Below, piece by piece: positions 16,203 to 28,262 of a stretch of 64,000 nt of DNA. The DNA lies in the NCBI GenBank assembly GCA_907165135.1, contig OU015568.1, positions 14,589,979-14,653,978 of the forward strand, read 5' to 3'. Numbering within the stretch: position 1 is the first letter of the stretch; the number at the start of each line of letters is the position of its first letter. Below the pieces are notes generated by a model. It ran no database searches and had not been told where the DNA came from. It saw nothing but the letters and a program-made list of their open reading frames with translations. The position numbers were made by a program, and so were the translations under genes. The DNA comes from Oikopleura dioica (Eukaryota; Animalia; Chordata).

Positions 16203-19200
16203 TTACAAAAATTCACGTTTCTTTTTCACTTGTTTCGTTTTTCGGCGAGGGATCAATGATTTCGCCGTCGATTTTTCGTTGTTGGGTAAAGTTGGTAATT
16301 GGGTAGTGAGGGTCAACGGTGATATTGAGGTAGAAAGTGTTGAATTGTTTTGAGAGAACTTTGTATGTTAAGTCCTTAATTGTAAAGTTAGGTTTCTAGT
16401 CTACTCCTGGTACTTACAGAGAGTCCATCATGATGTTGACGTTTTCCAGCATACTGTAGTAATGAATTTCTCAGAGGATTTTTCTCATTGCCTTCGTCCT
16501 CTCCATGCTTGATCATTCTATATTTTGAGATTTCATCAAACGGTCTGATGATAGTATATCCTTCCCCTTTCAGCCTAACTTGCAAGTCGTCGTCTTCTCC
16601 TCCCCAACCCCAGTATTCGTTGCTGTATCCGTTTAGTTTTTCGAATGTTTCTTTTGTAAAACTCACTAAAAGTAAGATTCCGCTTTTGTAAAGATTTTAA
16701 CGAGGTACCTATTCCTCCAAAGACATTTTGATAGAGCGGCTTGTAGTTCCAAATGTCAATGTGCGCGGCGTAGTGGCGAGGATAGCGGGAGCAGAGATAG
16801 AGATTCCGATCGTCTTCCATCACGAGATCGACGTCGTGGAAAAAGAAGCAATCAAAGCCGTCGTTGACTGCTTCTTTGAAACCGATATTGAGGAGTTTTC
16901 CCCGATTGAAGGGTCGAAATCTTCCACCTTATTCTGGGTGATCTTTTCTGCGTATAAAAATGTTTTTCATAAAAGAGCACCGTTCCTTGATTAATGATAT
17001 AAAATCGAAAATGAATATTCTGCCGTATAAGCGCTGGTATCATATAAAGAAGGAGCCATTTTAAATGTTTCGTCCTTTCGTTCGTTTTCGAGTTATCTCT
17101 GAATGGGACAGGGCGGTCTAATTTGCATTCTTGTAAATAATCTCGAAAATTTGCGAGATTAATCTTCTTTGGAAAAAGATTCTGAGATTAGTCAAGACTG
17201 GACTAGTTTCGAGATTAATCTTTTTAGCGAGGGTCGCGTGGCTCGGGGGAAAAATTTGGGTGGCGCTGGCGAGCTGTGAGCAGTGCGAGGCGGCGCGGAC
17301 AAAATTTCAAGCTGCGCTACAAGCATGTTTGAGTTTCATTTTTCTCTCGCGCCGTCGGCCATTGGTCCACCAATCACAGCGCGCGTTTCAAGATTATTTG
17401 AAATAATCTCGATACTATTTCGAAAATTTCCCGAATTAATCTTTTTTATTCAAACAGACTAATCTCGCGTCGAGATTAATCTTATAAGAATAAATGAATA
17501 GTCTTCGGAAAAAAGACTATTTACAAGAATGCAAATTAGACCGCCCTGGAATGGGATGATAATGGCCACATGCTTGTTTTTTGGGACCAAACATCGTTCT
17601 TTCGGAAAATAGCTCGAACTGATGAATTTTGAAGAATATTCGTTCGTGAAGTTTTTGAAGCTTTCTTCCAGCAAATATGTCGGAAATTGCACATCGAAGC
17701 GACCTTTTTTCAAGTCATAAAATTTTCAGATTGGGATGGGAGTCGAAGGACTCTTGTGGTATGTGAAGCAAAATGCGGAGGAATTTTGCACGCGCGCTCG
17801 TCTGAACAATTATTTACCGAGCAAAAGAGGGCCGGACGGAAAAGTGAGAGTCGTTGTTGATGGCAACAATTTTGCGTATGAGGTTTTGCGGCAATCCAGA
17901 GCTCCAGGTACCGCTTGGGCTTTTGTTATTTAAAATCAATTTGAATAAGCCTGCTTTGGAAGTGAACCGGCTGTTTATGAACACATAATTCATCACAGAT
18001 TCCTCAAATATCACCTAAAATGTTGCGACGAGATCATTTTCGTGATGGGCTATTCGAGTGCTCCAGGTAGCGATTGCTGGACAAAGAAAAGGGCGAATGA
18101 GCACGAAAGCGCTATGAAATTTTTCGAACGACTTCGTAATGGAGAACTTCCTCATAGTCAGGGAAATATTGGAAATGATGGTCACAGGAGATACGATAAC
18201 TTGAAGGTGTCCCCGCCGTGGATTGTTCATCAAATCATGGAAATAGTTGAGAAGGACCCAAGAGTGCAGGTTTATCAAGCTGAGTGTGACAAAGACTTTG
18301 CGATCATGGATTTGGCAGTGGATCTTGGGTGTCCGATTATGAGCAATGACTCGGATTTTCTACTTTTTGCGGCGCAGGAAATGGTTTTTTTCGCAACTAA
18401 AGCAAATAAAATTTCCGATTTCTCGCTTCTGATTGGCAATTAGCGCCCTATCATAGGGCCCCTATGAGAATTTTAAAAACCTTATCAGCCCGTTATCAAA
18501 ATGGGCGATTGGCGAGGAGCAGCTGACATTATCAGCGATTATTGGTACAGTTCACAAGATGTCAAGCTTCAGTTCTATCACCTGCCTCTTGTATCGGTTC
18601 TTTGCTTCAACAGAGAATGTGAAATCACAGAAGAAGAGCTTAGACCCTTCTGGTACGCGTTGATCGGAAAAGCGGAATTTGAGCATTCGAAGAAACCGAA
18701 TGTAATTCCCGAGGTGATCAGATGGATTGTCCAGACTTTTGAAGAAGAAGGAAAGTTAAAAAAATATTTTAATAATCTTTGTAAACAAAAGATTTTTCAA
18801 CTAAAACAGATTTTATGAGCTCGATCGAAGAAATCTGTGAAATACTCGACGAAATGGCGCTGATGTCAGATGAGTTGAAAAACCACGATGGAGCGTATTT
18901 TGGAGCGAATAAAGGCCGGGAATCAAGGAAGAGAAGACTCGTCAGAAGCCTCCAGCGATTCATGGTTACCGGAAAGACCTATCCTTGGGAAAACGATGAG
19001 TATTTCAAATTGATGCAAAAAAGCACGCGTGTCGTCACTGATGGCCATCCACTTCTGCGCGCTGCGAGAGATACAGAAGCTTTTTCGATACTGCCGAGTA
19101 AGGTGAAAGAAGTTCTGTCTGCGAATCGACAAAAAATGCTCTGCTCCTCACTGCCTGCTCCAATTTTTACAGAGCCGATCTTCCAACTCTACAATTCTTG

Positions 19201-20527
19201 CCATCCTGCTACTGCCGATGATTACGATGCGCATAAAACAACAATGAATTATCATTACGAACGGGAGGATCTTCCTGTAGTCTCGAACCTGCTTCTGAGC
19301 TATCTACGCAGGGAACTCGTGATCCTCGGTCTCGATGATGCTAAATATGCTCGATTCAAGCCAAAAATGCCCGTAGAATCAAGTTACGCAAAAGACGAAG
19401 AGTTCAATTTTCTCAATGGAGAAAAAGTCCCTACTCTTGACGTTCTCTTCAAAGCTTCAAGAGATCAAAAAGTTCGAGCATTTCTGGCCCTTTTTGACTC
19501 CGAGATACTAACCTACATCAACAAGGATTTCGACAAAATGCCTCCTTTCTGGGGCGTGTTTTTGGCCAGCCTGCGCTATCTCTGGGTCAATGCAGGTCTC
19601 AAGGAATGGGAACTGAATGCTTTCGTAGCGCAGTTTGCTCTTTGCGGACTTTTCACGGCGGCGGACAAGAATTTTTATCGGCTAAAGTGGCTTTTTGTCG
19701 GAGGGGATGGAGACTACCAATTCGACCTTCCTGCGTGCGAGCGAAGCATTACCCTTGCTAACCAGTTTGTTGCGGTGTATTATGCAGTCATGCGAGCTCA
19801 GGCAATAACAGGCACTCCTTTCTATTCTACGACCGAAGTGAAGCCGAATTTATTGGACATTTTTTCCGGTTCTCTTTTTGCCCTCCTCTACAACATGTTC
19901 AAGGAAGATCCTCGAATCTCTGAAGACAAAATGAATCTGCTAAAAAGAATCACTGATGATCAATGGTTTGGAATGCAAGACGAAGAAAATGCAGGCTCAG
20001 ACCAAGTTTTCGAATGCTACAAAAATGCTGTTGAAAATTATTTCAACGTTATCGACTTTTATATTTCCCCAATGCGAAATTTCGACCACCGGGTTGCCAA
20101 AAAAGGGCTTCAGATGGCGCTGGAGGAAAATGCTTTTTGATTGATTTCAAGCCAAGGTATAAAAATCACTGGTAGGGTTAGGCTTCAAAAATTAAAATTA
20201 TTAAATGATTTAGCTAAAACACACGACCCTCAAAGTTTCTTTTCTGACTTTTTCCTTGAAGATCTCTCGGCGCACAAAAACAAGTCGTGGCATTGGATAA
20301 AAACGGCTAACGGAAGATTGAAAATTTAAAACTATTGAAACTTCTGTACATAATTCAAAATCTTCAACCCTATCATCACAGCCAGGCTTCACATGATTCC
20401 CATCTCTCTCATAAATCTTCATCAACTCGACGTAGCTCTTACTGTAAGAGAAAATGTACAGCAGACAGATACTTGTTGATGCCACCGATAAAATAAAAAA
20501 ATTTTGGAAAAACTTTGGCGACTTCAT
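16203..20527 (-). CDS. B4GALT: Beta-1,4-galactosyltransferase family (GT7), type II membrane protein; exon interrupted by a hAT MITE; large intron hosts a nested gene
   Basis: N-terminal TM exon MKSPKFFQNFFILSVASTSICLLYIF at 20527; HVAIIIPF[insertion]RD; FNRGKLLNIGFKEA; FHDVDL (DxD); GYSNEYWGWGGEDDD; MIKH. Stop at 16203-16205. Confidence 0.9.
17109..17548. mobile_element. hAT-type MITE (440 bp) inside a B4GALT coding exon
   Basis: 31-bp perfect TIR CAGGGCGGTCTAATTTGCATTCTTGTAAATA. 8-bp TSD GAATGGGA at 17101-17108 and 17549-17556. Internal AGATTAATCT palindromes. Confidence 0.95.
17736..20140 (+). CDS. ASTE1: Asteroid/ASTE1-like protein (XPG/FEN1-like PIN fold N-terminus), nested antisense in the B4GALT intron
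   Basis: MGVEGLLWYV start, VVVDGN, and QAECDKDFAIMDLAVDLGCPIMSNDSDFLLF match the asteroid-family MGxxGL/DG/EAD/SxDSDF motifs. 441-codon terminal ORF 18815-20140. FAM120 family not fully excluded. Confidence 0.75.
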
Positions 20528-20859
20528 TTTTTCAATTTTATTTTTGAAAATTTGATTGACAGTGGCTCATTTCTCGCAATATTCAATGACTTTTAATTCA
20601 CCGCACATTTTGGGTCTCAACGAGTCAAAACAAATAGTTTAAATGTCAAAAGAGAACAAAAATTTTATTATTTAATAAATTTTAATAAATAAAGAATTAT
20701 TATGTTTGAAGAAACAATAACTTGTTAATACTCCTTCAAAAATTCTCGTATTATTTTTGCTCGTAATAAATAGTCTCTTTATTAAAATTTTGAACTTGAA
20801 GAGATATTGCAAATGTACACGTGTTTCCGTTTTGATTGATTTCTATGAGAATTCTTTTT

Positions 20860-23800
20860 CTATTTCTCCTCGATTCCGGTTAAATCGATGAAAATTTGTT
20901 CCAGAGTCGGCTGATCGACCGTGTAGCCCGCAATGACACCGGTATTTTTCGTAGCTTGAAGCTCTTTGAAGAGAGTAGATAGTTGGGCTCCAGATTCGGC
21001 GCGGAAGGAGATGAAAGACTAAAATTTATTTTGAAGAAATCTTAAATATATCGTCTTACCTGGTTGATTTCTTTCACTTCTAGGAATGGCATTCTGTTGT
21101 TGATTTCTTTCGAAACATTTTGAGAATTTCCTCCTTCAGGCAGCTGCACCTCAATTTCAACGCCTTTTCCGAACTTTGATTTGAGATGTTGTTGTCCTCC
21201 AATGCATCTAAAAAATCAACTGAATCGCTCTTTTTATTGAATTTTTTTTTACCTTAGTCGGCCATTGACCATAATAGCCAGTTCATCGCACAAAGCAGCA
21301 GTTTCTTCCATAGAATGGGAGGTGAGCAAAACAGAAGCACCAGTTTTCATGACGCTCAAAATGACACTCCACAATTGTCGTCTAGCACCAGGATCCAAGC
21401 CACATGAGGGCTCGTCCATAATTGTTACTCGGGGATAACCAGTCAGAGCAATGGCGACGGAGAGTTTTCGTTTGTTTCCGCCAGAATAGGTCGAAGATGG
21501 ACGTTCCGCGTATTGCTTGATTCCCACAAGTTCGATCAGATTATTCACCATCTTAAAATCATTTGAAATTTTTTGAATGCATAAACAGAAATTACCTTTG
21601 GCAAAACTTTCTCAGGCACACCTCGCAATCGTCCGTATAAATAGAGAGTCTCTCGGCCAGTTAATTGCTGCAGAAGAGCATCAAATTGAGGGCAGTAACC
21701 AAACTCTCTGAGACTTCCGAAACGATCTTTTTGGATTTCCAAGCCGTTGATATAAGCATATCCTTTTGAAACAGTTTCTTCGCCAGTGAGCATTTTGAAA
21801 CAAGAAGTTTTTCCAGCTCCATTTGGACCAAGAAGACCGAAACAGCTGTTTGGCTTGACGGTAAAGCTGACGCCCTTGACAGCTCTGAAACCGTCGTAGT
21901 TCTTTTCCAAACTGTCGACGACGAGAGAATGATCCTTGGTCAGGTCTTTTGCTCCCTTGTTCACTTTTTGAGCCATGGCGATGACGTCGCTGTCATCTTC
22001 GAATTGAATTTCAGCTTCTGGGTCATCCGTGGCATCAGGTTGATTGCAGCAGCAGGCGGCGCAGCACTGCTTGCAAAGATCTGTTGGGATGATTTTTTTG
22101 AAGAATCGACTGAGAGTTTTTGTGCCGCTCTCCCATTCGATCAAAGAAAGCAAGACAAAGTAGAGGATTATCAAGGCGATGGCAACAGCAAGATATTCTC
22201 CGATTCCGCCTTCTTCTATTGTCAAGACGTCTTTGACATAGACAAAACCAGCTTCCTCACAAGCTGTTCTAGTGATTTCGTTCTCTTCACAGGCTTTGTA
22301 GATGTTTCCATTGTAGTAAATAAGGAAGATTATTCGAGCAAAGCAGTATTGAGGAGCGATGGAAAAAAGTCGGTCGATTAGGTTAATTGTCCCTTCGCTT
22401 ATGTCGTCCAAATCGCTCAAGATTGAGTAAGTGATGAAAGTGATGATTCCAAGTCCGAAATTGAGGAATCCGATGTAGTTGGACGCATTAGCTGGATTCG
22501 TGAACAAGAAACTCAGACAGTAGACGCAAGGGATGATGGCCAAAGAAGTGATGAATGTACCAAACCATAGGGCGAATGCAGCATCAGAGAATGCCTCAAG
22601 TCCTTCAAGAAACTGCGCACCAATGAGAAGAATTATAACGACTTTAATTGGTTTTTGACTTGGTTTTTGAAAAATGAGTGACTCAAAATAATTTTATTTT
22701 GAATTTATAAAGCAAGGTTATTCTTCACTAAGAATTTGTATAAACAAAAACCATTCCTAGAACATTTGGGAGAAGTGCATTCAAAATATCCCAGCAGTAA
22801 TTCGCTAGCCAGGTCACCCAAAGAGGAGCGCCAGAACATTTTTGCATCACTTTCACGCCCTGTTCCCTCTCTTTGCACGGAAGCAGGGAGAACTGCGCGT
22901 ACATGATCATCATTCCAATGATACAGTAGAAAGTGACGATGTATCCTTGCACTGCGAAACTTGTATCTTGGGAAACGGAAGTTCCCGAATCAGGCGGAAG
23001 TGGATGATTTTGAGCGTTGATGTTCAAGTTTTCATTTTGCTGCTTGAGGAGGATCAAACTCATGTAGTGCATCGCCATTCCAGGCGTGTGGTAAGCTTCG
23101 TTGTTGAAAAGAGCGATTTTGTTAGTGCTGTTCAGATGGAAGGCCATGAGGTACTCATTGTCGAATTTCGACTTCTCAACTCGTTGGATTTCAGCGATGT
23201 GATCGTCCCATTCGGAAAAATTTCCGTAGTGTTCTGAGAGGGTGGCTTCATCGATATTCGCGATTTTGTCACTATTTCCGTCGGGGAAGGTTCTGTCTAA
23301 TCCTGTTTGGAAGCCATCGTTACTGACTATGACATTGGAGAAGCCGTTTGGTGTTTTGATTCCACCTTCGTAGGGAGTCAGAGAAAGATCAATAGGATCC
23401 TGTTCGCCGATAGTCGGAATAACTCCGATGATGATAACGGCCAAGGAGACGAAAAAGGCGGGGAAGAAGAGAGAAGTCAGAATCGTCTTGATATTTCGAA
23501 GAGAGTGGAACATGCATTTGATAAAAGATCCGCGGAATTGCTGGAATCGAAGCGCAGGGCCAGTCAATAGGTCGATCTTTTCAGTCATCGATTTGAGAAT
23601 TTCTTCGTTATCCACTGCTGAAGTGACGGATTTCTTAGCCTGAAGATCTTCCTTCGTTTTTGTCATTTTCAAGAAAATCTCGTTCATTGTCGTCACCGAA
23701 ACGCCAAAACTCGAGACGCCAAGGTTTTCGCTTGATTTCTCCAGAATTTCGAACAGCTCTGGGAACTTTTCGACGTCTTCAAATGGCAAAATAAAGTCGC

Positions 23801-26435
23801 ATTCTTGTCCGTAAATTTTCTCGACATAGGCGCCAGAGCAGACGTTTCGGATAGTTTTGTCGAGTGTTGGGAAATCTGTCGATTCCGACATTGTCATTGT
23901 AAGATGATAACCTGTTCCGAGTTTTTCTTTCAAGAAAAGAACAGTTCCAGAGCATTTGACGCTTCCTCGAGCCATGATGATAATTCGATCGGCCAGTTGC
24001 TCGGCTTCGTCCATGTAATGAGTCGATAAAAGCATTGTATGGGTTCGTCGATATTTCTCCAAAATCTTCCAAAGCTCTCGTCTTGCTCTAACGTCAATTC
24101 CAGAGCTCGGTTCGTCAAGAATCAAATGTTTGGATCCACCACAAAGGGCGATTCCGATTGACAGTTTTCGTTTCATTCCACCAGAAAGCTTGCTTGAGTA
24201 GACCTTTTGCTTCTTGCCAAGTTGAATGTCTTGGACGAGTATTTTTGCTTCCTCTTGAGCTTGAGCGTTGGTGAAGCCCTTGATTTCAGCGAAGAAGATA
24301 AGATGTTCGTTCACAGTTAGCTCAGCAATAAGAATATCATGCTGAGGACAAAGACCCAGACTTGATCTAGCCGCCCATGGATTCGTTGTGATGTTGAAGC
24401 CACCCACTTCGCAGGACCCAGTGTCAGCCACGAGCATTCCGGACATCATGTTAATCGTTGTTGATTTTCCGGCACCATTTGGACCAAGTAAGACTGTAAT
24501 CTCGTTTTCATACGCGTCAATGGAAAGATTATCCACCGCTCTGAAGGGCTTGTCTTTTCCTTTATCTTCGAATTCTTTGACCAGATTTCTTAATCTAAAG
24601 CCAGACTCTTTGCTTGTGCCAGCTGGTAGTTTCTGCTCAAGGGGATTTTCGCTTTCTGCTTCTTCTGCGGTAACCTGGTTTTTCTTTGATGGTCGCCAGT
24701 ACGAAGGAAGACAGAAGAAATTCCACGGTTTCGGGATGCCCCACTGACCTGGTCGAATAGTATCGACGTAGAGGCCAAGCAAGAAGAAAAGCAGAGTGTC
24801 GAAAAGTAAAATACACATTTGCGTTCCGAGATTGAGAGGGTTTGTGCTTGAAAGAGGAGTGAAGAAGTTTTTGAATGTTGCTCCTTCTCCGGCTATTTCC
24901 CAATTTCCGACAGTTTCCAGACCAAGAGCCATGGCGACAGGAGGGAGAATCGAAGCCATAATCTTTGCACCGTATTTTGTCGCTGATCCGTTGATTTGCA
25001 AGAATCGATAAGGAATGAACATCAAAAAAGTAACACCACCAGTGGCCACGGAAGCAGATGTCGAAGTACTGAATAAGGCGCCCATAAAGAAACCAAGGGA
25101 AATGAGAGCCGTTCCGTATGAAAGAAGGAAGAGAAAGAAAACGAGCCCATCTGATGTCAAAAATACGGCGCCATTGTCGGTAAAGGGGACGAATAAAACG
25201 AAAGTGAAGGTGAAACAAGTGATGAGGAATTTGCCAAATGAGAAAATCCAAGTCGCGGACCAGAGTGTGTTTCTTTTCAATCCCATCATCAGCATGTATT
25301 CTTTGAGCCGGGTTTCTTTTTCAATAACGAGGGTTTTGGCGGTACCGGAAGACAGGTAAAGAGTAGTGATCAGGATGACGAAGGCAAGCTGACTTTGAAG
25401 AGCGAGCATGAGGTCATCTTCGGTGTATTCTGGATAAGGAAATCGTTTCATTTCGACAGGTCCGATTTCTGCGGAGTTCTTCACTTTGCTGAAAGCGTTG
25501 TTGACCAAATACTGCAAGTATAACAGCCCCTCGGCGCCATAATACGGTGAGCCGCCAGTAGCGTCCGATTTCGATCGAGGTCCAGCTGCCCTTTTCCTTT
25601 GAGGGTAAAGAAGGTCAGTGAGCCAACCACGCGCCGACGCGAACCCATCTGATGAGACTTCAGTTCTTGGAACTGCCGGCGGTCGGATTTTATAGTCGAG
25701 AGTATCAGGAACAGTGTCGCCATTAAAAGTGTCTTCGTTAAATGTAACTGCCATAAAGATTTGATCAGTGGATTCAGAGGTCTTGATGAAGGTTGAAAGG
25801 TCTTCTTCGGTAGCATATGCTGTTATGTTCCATGTTACGCGTTGAAATGTGCTAATGTAAGCAGCTTGATCTTCGGTTGTAGCATTTGTGAAATTAAAAA
25901 ACTCGTTGGTTTCGGGACACATAAGAAAAGGTCGGACGATCACCTCGCCGGGATCATAATCTGGGTCGTAGGGAAGTCCAGTGATGTTAGGGTTAGGATG
26001 ACCATTTACTCGAACAAATGAAATCTCCGCTAAAACCTGATCCATGATCTGTTTCGCTGAAAGTGTGTCTGGTGCATACGCAATTTCCATTTCGGGAATA
26101 GTTTGATTCGTTTCTTCATCGTAACGACAGAGGTTGATGACATTTCTTGGGCTGAGCTCGCGCGGATTGAAGGTATCCCAGGCAGTTATATTCGCGACAG
26201 GCGTCACATCACCATAAACACGTGCGACGATTAGGAGGGAACCAAAAAGGACTAAATAATTGAACTAATTGAAAAATTTCTGAAAAACTAATGAAAAAAC
26301 ATGTTTGAACGTACCTGGAAGAAATATTTCAAAGAATAGTGCCCAGGGATGCCTTATTTGTATCAACAGCGATTTCTTCAATAAAATGGCCAAGTGCCGA
26401 AATGAACTCGGTTTCTTCTCTTTGGCTTCCCCCAT
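20860..26435 (-). CDS. ABCA: Full-length ABC subfamily A lipid transporter
   Basis: N-terminal [23 protein letters not shown]; [15 protein letters not shown]; NBD1 [12 protein letters not shown] / [10 protein letters not shown] / LILDEPSSG; NBD2 [11 protein letters not shown] / [10 protein letters not shown] / [10 protein letters not shown]; C-terminal [11 protein letters not shown], stop at 20860-20862. Confidence 0.95.
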
Positions 26436-27474
26436 AGTTGGGCCTTCTCTTGACTGGAACGTGGTCTCGCTCGTTCCACCTGAGTCTCCTGAGAATAATT
26501 AAATTATAAATGACTCTAGAAGACCTGGTTTTTGCAGTTTATTTATTACTTTACTAGGTTCAGGCTGGAAAAAGTTATTCCTACAAAACGTAACATTACT
26601 CCTATGAATCGTAAAGTGGCTTTATTAAAGGTCGCAAACAAGTCTTTTAACGACTCAGAATAGCTCAAGCAGGGGTTAGACGGGTCCGCTGAAAAATTTA
26701 AACGAGATTAATATCTAATCAAATTCGCGCTGTAAACACGCCTTTTCTCGGTTTGCTGCACATTTTATGCGTCAAAGTCTTTCAAATTTTACAAGGATCT
26801 TAGTCATTCAACTATAAATTTGATGAATGAAATGATGATTATACCTTGTCGGTATTACCTTTTAAAATATATCTGCCACCTTTCTCTGGGTACAAGGTCA
26901 TGCCCCCTCTTTTTATTCAAGAGAAATTTTAGCTAAACTTCGGGCCGTAAAAATAGAACAATGACATCATTCAGAGCCATTCATAAAAATGAGCGGTAAT
27001 GGTGGAAAAGATGAGTGTTGAGAAGAAACTCTTTCTTTTTCTTTATTGTCTAATCTGGGGATTTGAAAGGCTGCTTTGACTTCCTCAAATTAACAAATCA
27101 AATTTACGTCGAAATCGAATTTTGTTTTTTAGAAACCATGGTAAAAATCAACTGTCGAATTAGAATATTCCAACTTACCTTCTTTGATAAAAAGTTCAAC
27201 TGAATCGTTTTTACAATATTTTCTTATGTAACTTCATGTTCTAGAGATAATAAATTTTTCTCGGAATCAAAAAATTGTCAAAACCGTTGGTCAGGGTCAT
27301 ATGAAGCGTTCAAATTGTAAACTAAGTCTGAATTGAAAGTGAGCTAGCCTCGGGGAATAATAAACGGGGCAGTGAACTGTAAACGCTTGGGTTGCAATAA
27401 AGGAAGTTCCACCGCCCCTCACGTGATAATTTAGCAGTATTTTGGGCGACGAAAAACTGAAAAAACTGTATTAA

Positions 27475-28143
27475 GGGATCACCCCCCGATTTCCCGAATT
27501 TTGACCCGTATCTACTTTTTTCGGGCTTTTCATATGGGGTTGATAAGGAGCTCATTTGAAAGCTCGTTTCTTAAGGAACAAATTCTGGTAGAATCAGCTT
27601 CCTATGTCAACATTCGCTTAAACATTAGGAGCCGTCAAAGTGATTAAGGTTGACAAAAATGGCCATTTTAGGCCATTTTCAAATTGTATCTTCTTTTTTT
27701 AGGTCTTTTCAAGGGGTGATATTTTTTCTCAGTTCAAAAGATCAGACCCGAAACTATATATTCTGGTAGAATCAGCAATATCCGATGAGTGTAAAAAAAT
27801 TTCTAGTTGTAAAACTTTTGAAGCCATTTTTGGCGATTTTTAGGTATTTTATTGCTCCCTAGCGCCAAATATGTTAATGTTAATCAATAATGTTAATCAG
27901 TACATTCTAAGCTTTCAACAGACCCCTTATTTGTCTCTGTTGGATAACATTGAAAAATCGAAAAAATTTACGATTTTCACGCTATTCATATGCATTTTCT
28001 CGAACTTTTGAGGGCAAAATTTCGGGGACTCATTTACGTTAAGGGGTACTGTAATATATCAAAATGATCCTCAGACGACGCGGAATCTATAAATAGGCCA
28101 AATAGACCCGTGCCAAAGTTTTGAAAAATCAGGGGGGGATCCC
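27475..28143. mobile_element. TTAA-flanked MITE (GG termini, Kolobok-like rather than piggyBac-like)
   Basis: TTAA (27471-74) + GGGATCACCCCCCGATTT ... AAATCAGGGGGGGATCCC + TTAA (28144-47); imperfect 18-bp TIR. Internal direct repeat ATTCTGGTAGAATCAGC occurs twice. Confidence 0.6.
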
Positions 28144-28262
28144 TTAAAATGGACATTTTTTCCTCGTTTTGGGTGACACTCGGAATCATAAACTTTGTGC
28201 GAAATTTAATTATAAACAGCATGTTTTTACAGTCAAAGTAGAGTCAAGCAGCGTTGCTTTTT

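Noticed and set aside
18365-18820. Extra GA donors in the ASTE1-like gene (and at about 33930 in the dispanin-like gene)
   Set aside because: Canonical GT donors in the correct phase are available, so these were not counted.
18918-18933. GAATCAAGGAAGAG motif copy
   Set aside because: It lies in coding sequence (RESRKR) and is explicable by codons; the partial match at the B4GALT 16986 junction was likewise excluded.
21929-25816. Plus-strand and alternate-frame ORFs over ABCA
   Set aside because: Shadow ORFs of a long coding exon; no independent motifs.
25986-25998. TTAGGG repeat
   Set aside because: It falls inside the ABCA coding exon (HPNPN codons); coincidental.
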